Made by a program: the position numbers and the translations under genes. A stretch of 64,000 bases of DNA from Octopus bimaculoides. Its lineage: Eukaryota. Positions 50,563 through 62,521 of the stretch are shown piece after piece. Under the pieces are notes generated by a model. It saw only the letters and a list, made by a program, of their open reading frames with translations, was not told the origin of the DNA and made no database searches. The stretch spans positions 17,090,949 through 17,154,948 of the forward strand of contig NC_069002.1 of NCBI RefSeq assembly GCF_001194135.2, given 5' to 3'. Positions within the stretch are counted from its first letter, which is position 1, and each line of letters begins with the position of its first letter.

Positions 50563-53084
50563 CTAGCAGTGCATCACTGTGTTGCCTGGATGTTATGATT
50601 ACAGCCACATTGTATAATTTGTTTCTTATGGGCAGAATCAGCACACAAGGAGTGTGAAACAATCAACTCTTCTTTATAAACTTGTTTTTCGGTCATTTTG
50701 TGATGAACAATGCTGAAATTGTTGACACCAAAAACATGTAGAATGACAGCTTAGATTAGAATGAAATCCTTATGTTGCCCTCAAAATGACCTAGACTTAC
50801 AGGTTTAAAAAATTGGATGACGTATGAGGATGTATAGGTATCCACATTGCAGAAAGTAAGGTACATGGAAAGAAAGCTGCTTCATTGTGAAAAGCATCAT
50901 CTCTAATGCTTGGGCAGACTGCACACTTCAACATGTGTTAAGTGAAATGCTTTTGGGTAAACTATGTTTTGCATAAGCCAAGTATTGATAGAATAAATAT
51001 ACAAGTCATCTGCACTGCTAACTTGAGAGCATGTGACATATAGTTGTCCATGAGAAAAGCAGGGTATTTGTAAATTGAGACCCATAATTTTTAAAGTTTG
51101 ACCCTGGGTTTTGTTGATCGTGATAGCAAAGCATAATTACACTGGGAACTGGAGGCGTTTGAATTGAAATGGCACATTTGAGGGAATGAGGGGCATGCAT
51201 GGAATATATGTGATCTCTTCTCGATGACAGCCAGCAATAATGGTTGCTTGTAGGACATGACTTGTCTTTGTAGTTACAGTCAATCTTGTACCATTGCATA
51301 GTTGTGGTGGGTCGAAATTCCTCAAGAGCATGATAGGTGCACCTTTCTTTAGGAGCAGCTAATGCAGTGGCAGTCCTGTGGGTTGTAGAGGGTTGAGAAA
51401 TTCAACTGGATACTCAACAGTAGCATGTTCATTGATGGTAGTATCAATGGAAACAAATGTTGAAGCATCTCCAGGTAGAACGTGGAGGAGTTCATGGATT
51501 ATTTTATCAATGCTTTCATTCCAAGGTGTTAAAATAGCTCTCTCTGTGAACCATGCTATGTTTTTGAAGTTGTCTTGCAATGTGAGAAATACCTTTTCTT
51601 TAAGCTCGGCCAATCTAGACACCACATGTCCATATTGCAGTACATGCTGTTGCAGGGTGTTATTCAATGGTAAGGCACCATTTTAAATTTATAGAAGTTG
51701 ATGAAAGAATTCCTCAGCTAAGGGGTTGTAGAGGCGAGCTTGCATATTGCTGCTTAATGAAAGCTGACAAACAAACCTCCACAGAGGTGAAAACTTCAGA
51801 CATACATAGATGTCATCAGCTCACGTATCCCGTGGTATGACTGGTAATATGACAGAAATCCCCTGCGAGGACAACAGTTAAGCGCCCCCTCCCCCCATAA
51901 TGGCAGTATTGTTTCTAATATTCCTTAGTGACTTATCTAGGGCTTCTAGTGCACCACTGTGTGCCATTGTGCGTTCATCCCAGTCAATAAGTGTAATTTA
52001 GAGCAGAATTTCTGCTGTCAGCGATTGTTTTGAAATATTATATATTTGGGCATTGCTGAAGTGAGTTTTCTTGAGCACAAATAGAGGCAGTTTTTTTTGC
52101 GGCCCTTGTTTGTAGAGATAAATGAGAATGTCTTCGTTTTGGTGGCATGGCTGAAAAGAGTGAACGATTAAGGAACATACAAGATGGAAGACATAGCAAT
52201 TGGAAGTTGTGCATTGTATAATTTGATTTTTTTAGTAACGAATGAAAAGATGTGGAAAAATTCATATGTCAAGTTGTATACTGTTATTATGAGAAGAAGC
52301 GGTAAACTGTGAATGATTTGGCTACGTTCTGTCTTGATAAGCATAATGCATTCTGTTAGTTGATATATAGTGGAGTGGATTAATGGCGTAATGCAAGTTA
52401 TTGTTTGTCCAAAAGTTAAGAGGTGGGGGGGGGTACAATTTGCATGAAAGTGATTTATGTTCTTAAGAAGGATCACAAACTATGTACTGTTTCATGGAGT
52501 AAAAAGGGGTTAATATGATTTTGCCCAGAAATCATGTTTTCAAAATTATAATTTCCCCCCTCCCCATCGAAATTTCCTAATTTTTAACTGTTTTTCGAAT
52601 TTTGTTTTTTATGCACGTGGTAAAATACACAGATTACGAATGTGGCAAATATAATTTGTTTGTTTTTGACATGCTAGAAACAACAGGTAAATGACAGGAT
52701 TTCTGAGATAATTTCCTTGTAAGTTTAAATGGAAAATCAGGTTTTGGAATATGCTCATCACAAACAGGAATGACAGAATAGGAAATAGTTATTTCCATAG
52801 AATTTGAGCAGTAATTTAGCGCACAGCAAAAAATAACATAATTCATACAGAACTTTAACTCTGTGTGTGTGCCAAAGGAAGTTATCAAAAGATTCAGTAC
52901 TATTTCTGCTACCAACTAAACTTTATGTTCATTGACATATTTCCATTACAAAATTTTAAAATTATAATCTTTTCCATAACTCAACTCTCGTAAATATTTT
53001 ATACAATGAGGATGACGTCACATTTTCTATATGAGAAATGTCAAAATTGGCACACACATACAAACTCTCTTTTATAGATATAGA
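50563..53084 (-). mobile_element. Internally deleted Helitron with both termini
   Basis: 5' A|TCTATATCTATAAAAGAGAG at 53084 and 3' ...ggcaacacagtgatgcactgCTAG|T at 50563. Broken Rep/Hel ORF: MPPKRR N-terminus, AILTP, MLLRNFDPPQLCNGTRLTV, PCFSHGQLYV (Pif1-like helicase). Confidence 0.9.
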
Positions 53085-54087
53085 TAACTGTGCCCAAGGG
53101 TAGTAAAGGTATTGACTTCCTAGAAATGGTCAAGAATGTAAGCTGGATCCTGTAGGAATGAAAAGAGGAATCTGCATGGTTGAAAAATTCACTTCATAAC
53201 AACCTTCTTGATAATTTCCATCTATTAAAGTCCACTCATAAGGACAAAGTATCGGTCAACTGAAGTCTATGGTGGAAGGCTTTTGCTCAAGATGCCCTGC
53301 AGTAGAATAGAGGGAAATTTATCTCTCATCTGCTAAATAGCATGAAACCAGAGCTACATAGCATTTTCTTTCAAAGTACTTCGATGCTTAGAAAAGCAGT
53401 TATAATTACATTTCCATTAAATATTTTGTCTATGTATAAGGATTTGTAGAAGTACCTCCTAATTTTTTATTTACTTTCTCCTCTTATACTCTATCTTTGT
53501 AATAATTTTCATATCTTACACACATTCTACTTCTTCTTCATAGAATATGATATTCTAACTTCTCATACATTATACCATATAATCCATTCCAGTATTCTAT
53601 GTATTCTCGTTCCTCTGTAAATTAAATACGCAAGAAGAGATTAAACTCTGGTTTCTTCAAAATTTTGCAAAATACTCAATTTGACAATGCTTCCAATGCT
53701 ACTTTTGGAAGTGAATTTTACCATTTTACATTACCTACCTACCCTAGATACAGATGAGGAGGACTGAGCTTTTAAGAGCCCTTGGCCACCAATATAAATT
53801 CTCCAATATATTTTAAAATAAAAATTAAATAAAATTTTTGACCAAATCTTTTAACATTTTCCATTTTATTCATACACAACCACCTTCACACACACACACA
53901 CACTTGTTTCAATGTATCAACATCATCATCATTATAAAGTTCACTCTTCCATGCTTGCATCAGTACAATGAGATTCATGTTTTCCCAGAAAACTGGAAAT
54001 GAAAGAGACCATTTGTATAACAATATTGTTGTTTACAACTGTCACGTGACATCAGAAGGTTATGCATGCACATATAATGTCTGTGGT

Positions 54088-54414
54088 TTAAAAATCATAA
54101 CATTTCTTCAAGATGTCTTCTACAATGTTCATATCCATTTTTGTCACAATCCGAACATTACCTGGCTTGCCTGTTATGTTTCTCCAATCTGGTACCATTT
54201 GACCTCTGGTTATAGATCCATTCAGTTCTACTTCTGCATAAAGTTCCACACTGTCTAACACACACTGATCATTCATGATAGCTGCTATAGCTAGTTCATC
54301 ACACATTACTGCATAGCGTTGGCGTGTCTCCACCAGTTTCATTGCACTTTTGAAGACTTTTTGCATAAGGGCAGTTTTCTTGCCAGGATGTGATAGCAGC
54401 TTTTTAAAAAAAGA
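54088..54414 (-). CDS. Nucleoside hydrolase terminal exon, proximal copy B
   Basis: tttatag|SFFKKLLSHPGKK...YAVMCDELAIAA...VELNGSITRGQMVPDW...KCYDF*; 327 nt, phase 0; AATAAA at 53865-53870. Confidence 0.88.
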   Translation of the reverse strand, partial: SFFKKLLSHPGKKTALMQKVFKSAMKLVETRQRYAVMCDELAIAAIMNDQCVLDSVELYAEVELNGSITRGQMVPDWRNITGKPGNVRIVTKMDMNIVEDILKKCYDF

Positions 54415-54720
54415 CTATAAAAAAAAATTCAAATATGATAATAGAAATGAGATTTTTGTATAAAGTGGTTGTAAAAAAGGGTAAAAGAAGGGAGAGAAAG
54501 CAGTCATAAGTCAAAGAAAGAAAAACAATGAAAGTGAGAAATACATGGAAAGCACACAGGATAAAACATGAGACAGAAAAGCAAATAGCAAAACAGCCAT
54601 AAAAAGGAAAGGGTACATAGTTATGTCAGGTGTAGTGTTAGTGAATTTTGGGAAGCATGGAATCTTTGAAGGATATAGTGTCTTGACAGCTATCAACAGA
54701 CATAAGGAGATTATTCCATA

Positions 54721-55587
54721 CATGGTCTGATCAATAAGTATCCGGACTGTTGCCATAGTAACAAAGCTAAAGCACACAGAGTGAAGCCGCTTGGTACAGA
54801 CTGACTTTGAACTCTGCTGTGCATGAGCACTAAGTTTTAACATTCTAGCTCACTTCCATTGTTTACAGCAGTGCTTGGAAGGAAGGTGTGTAGCATGTGA
54901 AAGTTAAGCAGAGAGTCTGCATCAAATTTTGCCAAAAGCGTGGCAATACCTGCTCAGAGGCCTATGCAAAAACGCCAAGTTTTCAAAAAGTTTTCATTGT
55001 TCTCAGCAGAATAGAGGAGATCTTGTGCAAGTGAAACCCAAGTGTCTTTTTGGTCAGCTGAAAGTAGTTGCGGCACAAACTTGGCAGACACATGTCTCAT
55101 ACTCAAATTTTCATCGATAATGAACTGAAATGAACTGTAAATAATCTGCACATCCTCTGATAACTCAAGGATCGTGATTCGACGATATCCCCTCACAGCG
55201 ACACACATCTGCAATGTTTTTCTGCTTTCTGCTGATTGCAGGTCTCCCAGAGCATTCATCAATATCAATATTTTTTTCAGCCATCTTGGAAACGTCTGAA
55301 CCATTTGTACACTTGTGTGCAACTCATACACTTTCTGCAACTTTGTGTAGACCTCTGAGCAGGTATTGCCATGTCAACTTTCTCTGTTGTGGTCAATGTG
55401 ACGATCACATGCTACACACCTTCCTTCCAAGCACTGCTGTAAACAGCAGAAGTGAGTGAGAACATCAAAACTTACTGTGCATGCACAGCAGCAGGGTTCA
55501 AGGTCAATCTTTGCCAAGCGGCTTCACTCTGCATGCTTTAGCTTCATTACCATGGCAACAGTCTGGATACTTGCTCATCAGACCTTG
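54721..55587. mobile_element. Mariner-derived foldback element (two 5' ends in inverted orientation)
   Basis: TIRs catggtctgatcaataagtatccggactgttgccat / atggcaacagtctggatacttgctcatcagaccttg; about 200-bp inverted arms; mariner N-terminal remnant on minus (RRITILELSE...MRHVSAKFVPQLL). Confidence 0.85.
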
Positions 55588-55888
55588 CATATGCTGAAAT
55601 GATTTTTTAAAAAATTTTTTTTTTATAAGTGTGTCTAAGGGCAGTAGAGGTATTGACTTCATAGAAACGGTCTAAGTTGGATCCTTTAGGAATGAAAAGG
55701 GGAATCTAGCCTGGCTGCATGGTTGAGAAATTCACTCATGGTCTACTCACAAGGACAAAGTATTGGTCATCTGAAGTCTGTGGTGGAAGATTTTTACCTG
55801 AGACACCCTGCAGTAGAATCGAAGCTAATTGATAACCACACCAACAGATCTGTTCCCATTATTTGATTCCTGAATTTCTGATACTTAC

Positions 55889-56025
55889 TGTAGGTTGCTT
55901 TAAATCTTCGCATAGTTCCCATGTTATCAGTGTTATTGGACAAGAAAGTTTCTTAAGAACAATGCTTGCTGCTTCTGGGTCATTGTAAAAGTTGAATTCA
56001 GCACTTCTTGATACGTTGCCAACTC
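55889..56025 (-). CDS. Nucleoside hydrolase penultimate exon
   Basis: ttccag|(G)[45 protein letters not shown]|gtaagt; 137 nt, phase 1/0; GN...AEFN...DPEAA family motif. Confidence 0.95.
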
Positions 56026-56159
56026 CTGGAATATATATGACAGAAAAAAAAAATCTGTTTAAGTCACTTCATAGCTTTTAGTCACTTTGTAGAGTTGTCA
56101 TTTTAGATTTATAGCCTGCAAAATGGTTTGGTTATTCAACATCCATTTTCACAATATAT

Positions 56160-56455
56160 CGAGCGAGATCGTTGCCAGTGCCCCTGGACTGGCTCTTGTG
56201 CGGGTGGCACATAAAATACACCATTTTGAGTGTGGCCATTGCCAGTACCGCCTGACTGGCCTTCATGCCGGTGGCACGTAAAAAGTACCCACTACACTCT
56301 CGGAGTGGTTGGCTTAGGAAGGGCATCCAGCTGTAGAAACTCTGCCAAATCAGATTGGAGCCTGGTGTAGCCATCTGGTTTCACCAGTCCTCAGTCAAAT
56401 CGTCCAACCCATGCTAGCATGGAAAGCGGACGTTAAACGACGATGATGATGATCT
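56160..56455 (+). mobile_element. Young GC-rich retro-repeat ending in (gat)n (RTE-tail type)
   Basis: Near-identical copies at 60505-60858 and 63698-63995, partial minus copies at 47255-47415 and 43140-43195; older relatives at 8510-8690, 12545-12720, 58040-58230. Confidence 0.85.
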
Positions 56456-57619
56456 TGAGTGGGAAGGTTTTCCCATATTTGGATATTTAGACATCGTTGA
56501 AATAATTATGTGAATATAATTACAAAGTACTCAAGCACAAAGAAGTTTTTGTGTATGCAGTTGTGAAAGGTGTTGTCTTAATACATAATTATAATAATAG
56601 CAATAATGGGCATATGTTATACAGTGCTCAGATGCACAACTCATCCGGAAAGGAGTAAAAGAAGGGACAGAAAGAAATGTCTAAGTCAAGAAAGACAGCT
56701 ATGACAGCCAAAATTGCATGCATAGTACACAGGATAAGACACATATAGTGAACAGTAAAAGGAGCATAAAGAGGAAAGGATGCACATCAGGAATTGTGTT
56801 AGTGAATTTCAGGAAGCAAGATGTATTTGAAGGATGCAGTGTTGTGACATAAAAACTGATCCATGATTCAACATTTCTGAGTATGAACTCTACACTTAAC
56901 TCCAACTGATGTCATAACATGGTTTTTCTAATATTCCTGTAATGAAATTGATGCATATACTTCACCCTACTTAAAATACCAACATGTCACAATCAAATGA
57001 AAAAATCCCTACATGTCACAGGCCAATTGAGGGAATCAGCTTTCTAGAAATAGCAGCCAACTTGTTTTCAAATCAGACCTTATTGTTTTGAAAGGGACAA
57101 ATTGGTCTTGGGTGCCCAGTGTCTGGGAAACAGAAGTGATGGTCACAAGACACTTTTAATCATATGCATGTTTTATCAGTGTTTTTTTGAGGCAGAAAAA
57201 AATGAACATAATGTTTAGGCACAGGTGTGACAGTGTGGTAAGAAGCTTGCTTCCTAACCACATGGTTTCAAGTTCATTCCCACTGCATGGCACCTTGGAC
57301 AAGTGTCATCTACTATAACCTCAAGCCGTCTAAAGCCTTGTGAGTAGATTTGGTAGACGGAAACTGTTCCCCACTACTGCTTGAGAATCAACAGAATAAG
57401 TACCAGACTTTAAAAAAATACATCCTGGGGTTGATTCATTCAACTAAAAATTCTTCAAGGTGGTGTTCCAGTATGGCCACAGTTTAATGACTGAAACAAG
57501 TAAAAGATCAAAGATAACAAAATGAATATAAAATACAGAATTAAGGTGGATTAAAATAAGGTAAATAAAAAAAGAAAAGAAAAATATCAAAGTAAGATTG
57601 AAAACAAATGTAAGATTAC

Positions 57620-57736
57620 CTTTATAATTTCCACCCATCATATAGCAACTCTTGAGTTTTGAACCAAAATCTGGATCTAAGGTAATTGCAGTGGCTATAT
57701 TAGTAAGAGGAGCTAAGCAAACAAGATGTAACTCCC
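57620..57736 (-). CDS. Nucleoside hydrolase internal exon
   Basis: tttcag|(G)ELHLVCLAPLTNIATAITLDPDFGSKLKSCYMMGGNYK(G)|gtaatc; 117 nt, phase 1/1; PLTN and MGG motifs. Confidence 0.95.
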
Positions 57737-59769
57737 CTGAAAAGTAAAAAAATGCAAAATCTTTATATTTTAGTACAAACACATGAAACAGCAGCGGTCA
57801 CATATTTAAGATGTGTACATTTTAGTTTTTTAATATATTTCTGCTAGAATGTAGAAGGCAATCAGTGCTGCGGAATCCTGTTTGGGAAAAATTTTCTTCC
57901 GACAGGCTTTGTGTGTGTGTGTGTTTTACACATTGAGTAGAAGTACAAGAAATGTTAAGTGAATACAGAGAAATTTTGCAGTGAACTTCTTTAATGTTCC
58001 AGAGTAAAGGAGCACACACATGTACATATACAGATAATCATCATCATTTAACATCTACTTTCCATGCTGACATGAATTGGGCAATTTGAGTGGATCTGGT
58101 GAGTCACAAGGCTACAATGAGCTTCAATGTCAGCTTTGACAGTTTTTACAGTTTGATGCCCTTCCTAACACCAACCACTTTACAGAGTGTGCTGGGTGCT
58201 TTTTGTGTGTGTGAAGCTATCAAGTAACTTGCAAGACAGAAGAAGAACAAGGAGAGGAAAAGGGAAAAAGCTCACACTGCTAAATGGGGAGTATTTGAAA
58301 GGGGAAAGTGGTTTCATACTGAATGTTGAAAGGCAAAAGTAAGATTAAGGGACAGGCACAGGCGTCTTGCTATAAAGGAGATAGATGGCTAACCTCTATT
58401 ATATAGGGAGGTAGATGGGAATAGTAGAGGAGATAAAGGAAAGTAGTGATGGAGTGCCAAAGCAAACTCTCCAGCTACAAGGTGACCATAAGAGAAAATA
58501 TGGACAGTGGGTTACGGGAGATGAGTTGAGAGGAGTTGTGGGTGGAGATGAGTGTAGTGAGTGATGAACAAGAGTGGAGGTGTGGTTGAGGGAAATACCA
58601 GGAAGGAGAGGTGTAAGGTGATAGATAAGAAAAGTGTTAAGATTGGGATAGAGCAAAGAAAAGAACTGGCACTGGCATTCTGTTGGTTACAACAACAATG
58701 AGGGTTCCAGTTGATCTAACCAATGGAACAGTCTGCTTGTGAAATTAGTGTGCAAGTGGCTGAGCACTCCACAGACACACGTACCCTTAATGTAGTTCTC
58801 AGGGAGATTCAGCATGACATAGTGTGTGACAGGACTGACCCTTTGAAATACAAGTACTACTCTTTTTTGCCAGCTGAGTGGACTGGAGCAACAAGAAATA
58901 AAATGTCTTGCTCAAAGAACTTATGAACTTACGATTGTGAGCCGAATGCCCTAACCACTAAGCCACATTTCTTTCACCAATGAAAAGAGATTGGGTTAAA
59001 GGCACAAAAGCAGGTGACTGGTGGGAATAGTATGGGCTGAGATGATAATGAGATATGGAAATGTTTCCAGGGGTGGTGGGAGTGGAGGTGACCAGAAGGG
59101 AGGGTATGTTGTATGTGCCAATTCTGTTCTCAGCAGCCAAGTAATGCTATAGATAAAGGAGTGATAAGCATTAGGGGAGAAGTATTGGAAGAAATGCTTG
59201 ATGGGACAGAGAGAACAGAGGGGTGGGCAGAGTTACTGCATGTACAAGCGTACCTAAGTAGTTTTAGGTTATCACCTTTGCTATGATGCTTGGGTCTCCT
59301 CGAGCACAGTAAATAACCAATTATCTAAATCCACTGTTATCTCTTCTGTAAGGTTCAGCATCCTGAGATTAACCTTCAGTACTCTGTCCCATGTTTTGAG
59401 GCAAGTGAAATCGGAATCGAACTAAATTTAACGACTGGCCCCCATGCCAATGTCTCCTCCATTGGACACTAAACTCTGCTTGCGAAGACCTGTTGGGACA
59501 AGCGAAAGTGAAATGTGCGTGTATACACATACACATATATTCATACATCCATACACACACATATATATGTATTTATGTGTAATTAATATTATATAAGTAA
59601 GGGTAAATCCCAGCTGTTTCCTCTTGAAGCGTATTCCAATATTACAATCAATATGTATCCATAGTTGGTGCTGTATGTGAGTCAAGATACATATTAAGAT
59701 TGAGAATTATGGAAAAACTATTTGCAGAGCTAATTTATAATAAAACAGGAATATTCCCTGTCTGAAGTG

Positions 59770-61200
59770 TTTCTAATAGGAAACTCTTTACATGTTGTTA
59801 AGGTTATCTCTACAAATTTTCTGTAGAAATTATAGCCAGCACTAATTTTGTTACAATGCTTCATATATATCTCTGGCACCTGATGTACACAATGAGATCA
59901 AAAATGAAAGACAGGTAATGGGTATATGACATATTTCAGGAGTTTTTGCCTCTTCATCAGCACCTATCCAACCCATAGTGGAGGTGCAATGGCCCAGTGG
60001 TTAGGGTAGCGGACTCACGGTCATAGGATTGTGGTTTCGATTCCCAGACTGGGCGTTGTGAGTGTTTATTGAGCGAAAACACCTAAAGCTCCACGAGGCT
60101 CCGGCAGGGGATGGTGGTGAACCCTGCTGTACTCTTTCACNNNNNNNNNNGTGTCATGCTGAATATCCCCCGAGAACTATGTTAAGGGTACACGTGTCTG
60201 TGGAGTGCTCAGCCACTTGCACGTGAATTTCGCGAGCAGGCTGTTCCGTTGATCGGATCAACTGGAACCCTCGAAGTCGTAAGCGACGGAGTGCCAACAA
60301 CATCCAACCCATTAACCATCCACAAACTCATTGATTTAATAGCCACTAAATATAGTGGTGTAATGCTATTGTGTATACCAATTCATGTATTAAACACATT
60401 CCTGGAAGCTGGTTTGTAAATATCAGTGACTTGTAGGGACACAGCATTTTGTTGTGCAACCATAATACTCTACAAAGTATATCAAACGTTTTTATAAGTC
60501 ATCGTGATGCCACCTGTGCCCAGCGTCGCCTTTCTGGCACTTGTGCCCGCGGCATGTCTAAGGACTTTCGAGCGAGATCGTTGCCAGTGCCCCTGGACTG
60601 GCTCTTGTGCGGGTGGCACATAAAATACACCATTTTGAGCGTGGCCGTTGCCAGTACCGCCTGACTGGCCTTCGTGGCACGTAAAAGCACCCACTACACT
60701 CTCTGAGTGGTTGGCGTTAGGAAGGGCATCCAGCTGTAGAAACTCTGCCAAATCAGATTGGAGCCTGGTGTAGCTATCTGGTTTCACCAGTCCTCAGTCA
60801 AATCGTCCAACCCATGCTAGCATGGAAAGCGGACGTTAAACAACGATGATGATGATGAATACTATGTTCTAGAGTGTTAGCAGTGCTATCACATCTCTTG
60901 TTAAGATTATCTCTACAGATTATCTATAGAAATTATAGCCCGCACTAATTTTGTTACATTTCATATATCCAAGATGCCTGATGTAAACAACAACAAGACT
61001 GAAGGCGAAAAATAGGTAATAGGAATATATGACATATTTCAGAAGTTTCTGTTCCTTCATCAGCACTCATCCAAACCTTCAATCATACACAATAGCCACT
61101 TAAATATAGCAGTGTAATGTAATTGGATATTCCAGTTTTACATATTAAACGCATTCCTGGAAGCTGTTACATAAATATTGATGACTTGTAGGGACACCAT
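59770..61200. repeat. Intronic direct duplication of a ~330-bp unit, copies split by retro-insertions
   Basis: 59770-59976 plus 60312-60450 aligns with 60868-61200 (ttatctctaca...tagaaattatagcc.gcactaattttgttaca...atatgacatatttcag...cattcctggaagctg...gacttgtagggacac). Confidence 0.8.
59977..60301 (+). mobile_element. tRNA-derived SINE, family 3, with 11-bp target-site duplication
   Basis: A-box/B-box-like head (tggcccagtggttagg...ggtttcgattccc); TSD atccaacccat at 59966-59976 and 60302-60312; minus copies at about 58665-58960 and 6870-6965. Confidence 0.88.
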
Positions 61201-61246
61201 ATTTCATCTTTGCCTTTCATCCTTTCAAGGTCGATAAAATATGTAG

Positions 61247-61620
61247 GCGCAGGAGTGGTTGTGTGGTAAGTAGCTTGCTTACCAACCACATGATTCTGGG
61301 TTCAGTCCCACTGCATGGCACCTTGGGCAAGTGTCTTCTACTATAGCCTCGGGCCGACCAAAGCCTTGTGAGTGGATTTGGTAGACAGAAACTGAAAGAA
61401 GCCCGTCATATATATATATATATATATGTATATGTATGTGTGTGTATATGTTTGTGTGTCTGTGTTTGTTCCCCCAACATCGCTTGACAACAAAAGAGAC
61501 CGATAGAAGAAGTACTAGGCTTCCAAAGAATAAGTCCTGGGATCGATTTGCTCGACTAAAGGCGGTGCTCCAGCATGGCCGCAGTCAAATGACTGAAACA
61601 AGTAAATAGAAAAAAAAAAG
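61247..61620 (+). mobile_element. tRNA-derived SINE, family 1, well-preserved copy
   Basis: ggcgcaggagtggttgtgtggtaag...gggttcagtcccactg...gaagcccgtc(at)n...gactgaaacaagtaaa. Confidence 0.88.
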
Positions 61621-62149
61621 AGTAAGTCAAGTGATGGGGTTGATATAATCAACTTCCCCCACTGGATTTTGAACTATAAAGAAAAACGATAACATCAAAA
61701 AGATGTTTTCTTGTTATCAGTGAACTTTGGAACCTTAGCTATCACTACCTGCTTATTGATAACGAACTTCAGTGTAAAGCAATGAACTGGCACAGAATTG
61801 TTACCAAGTCAGGCAAAATTCTTAGCGGCATTTCGTCATCTTCAGGTTCTGAGTTCGAGGTCAACTTTGCCTTCCATCAATAAAATAAGTGCCAATTTGA
61901 GTACTAGGATTGATTTAATCAAGTTTGCAAAAATAAAGTGTGTAAATTACATGGGTTTTACAGTAATTGTTTTTGATAAACCATGAAAAGTGTCATCAAA
62001 AGAGTTGATCTTTAATTAAAATGTTATTTAAATCTCAATAGATGCAGTACGGCTGAAAAGTTAAGAATTTCGCTTCACAACGACAAGGTCTCAGGTTCAA
62101 TCTCACTGCACATCATCTTGAGCAAATGTCATTTTCTAAAGAATTGGGT

Positions 62150-62262
62150 TGATGGTGGTGATGATGTTGATGTTAACAATGATGGTGGTGATGGTAGCAG
62201 TGACGATGATGACATCAATGATGACTATGACGATGATGACGACGATGATGATGATGAGGATG

Positions 62263-62316
<54 letters not shown>

Positions 62317-62340
62317 GCAATGACAATGACAACAACATCA
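62150..62340. repeat. (GAT)n microsatellite next to a hydrolase splice donor; many other (TA)n, (CA)n, (TATC)n and (TAA)n tracts in the window
   Basis: Direct inspection. Confidence 0.95.
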
Positions 62341-62346
62341 ATTTAC

Positions 62347-62521
62347 CTGGGTTTTGGTTCACAAGATGAATTAAAGCATTTACAGCATGTTCCTTCTGAA
62401 GGTGATCCAAACCCGGTGCTTCACTGTCTGCAACATCTCCAAAACCATCTTTGCCATGATAATATTGGGCATGCTGGACTGTTTGCATTAATGGATGCTT
62501 ACAACCTTGAAACACTGGAAT
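62347..62521 (-). CDS. Nucleoside hydrolase internal exon (most upstream one in the window)
   Basis: gtttcag|IPVFQGCKHPL...YHGKDGFGDV...EHAVNALIHLVNQNP(G)|gtaaat; 175 nt, phase 0/1. HGxDGxGD and EHAVxAL motifs; the DxDxxxDD exon was not found in the window. Confidence 0.95.

Noticed and set aside
59977-60050. tRNA-like sequence, and similar heads elsewhere
   Set aside because: A/B-box heads continue into SINE bodies with a TSD; no complete cloverleaf.
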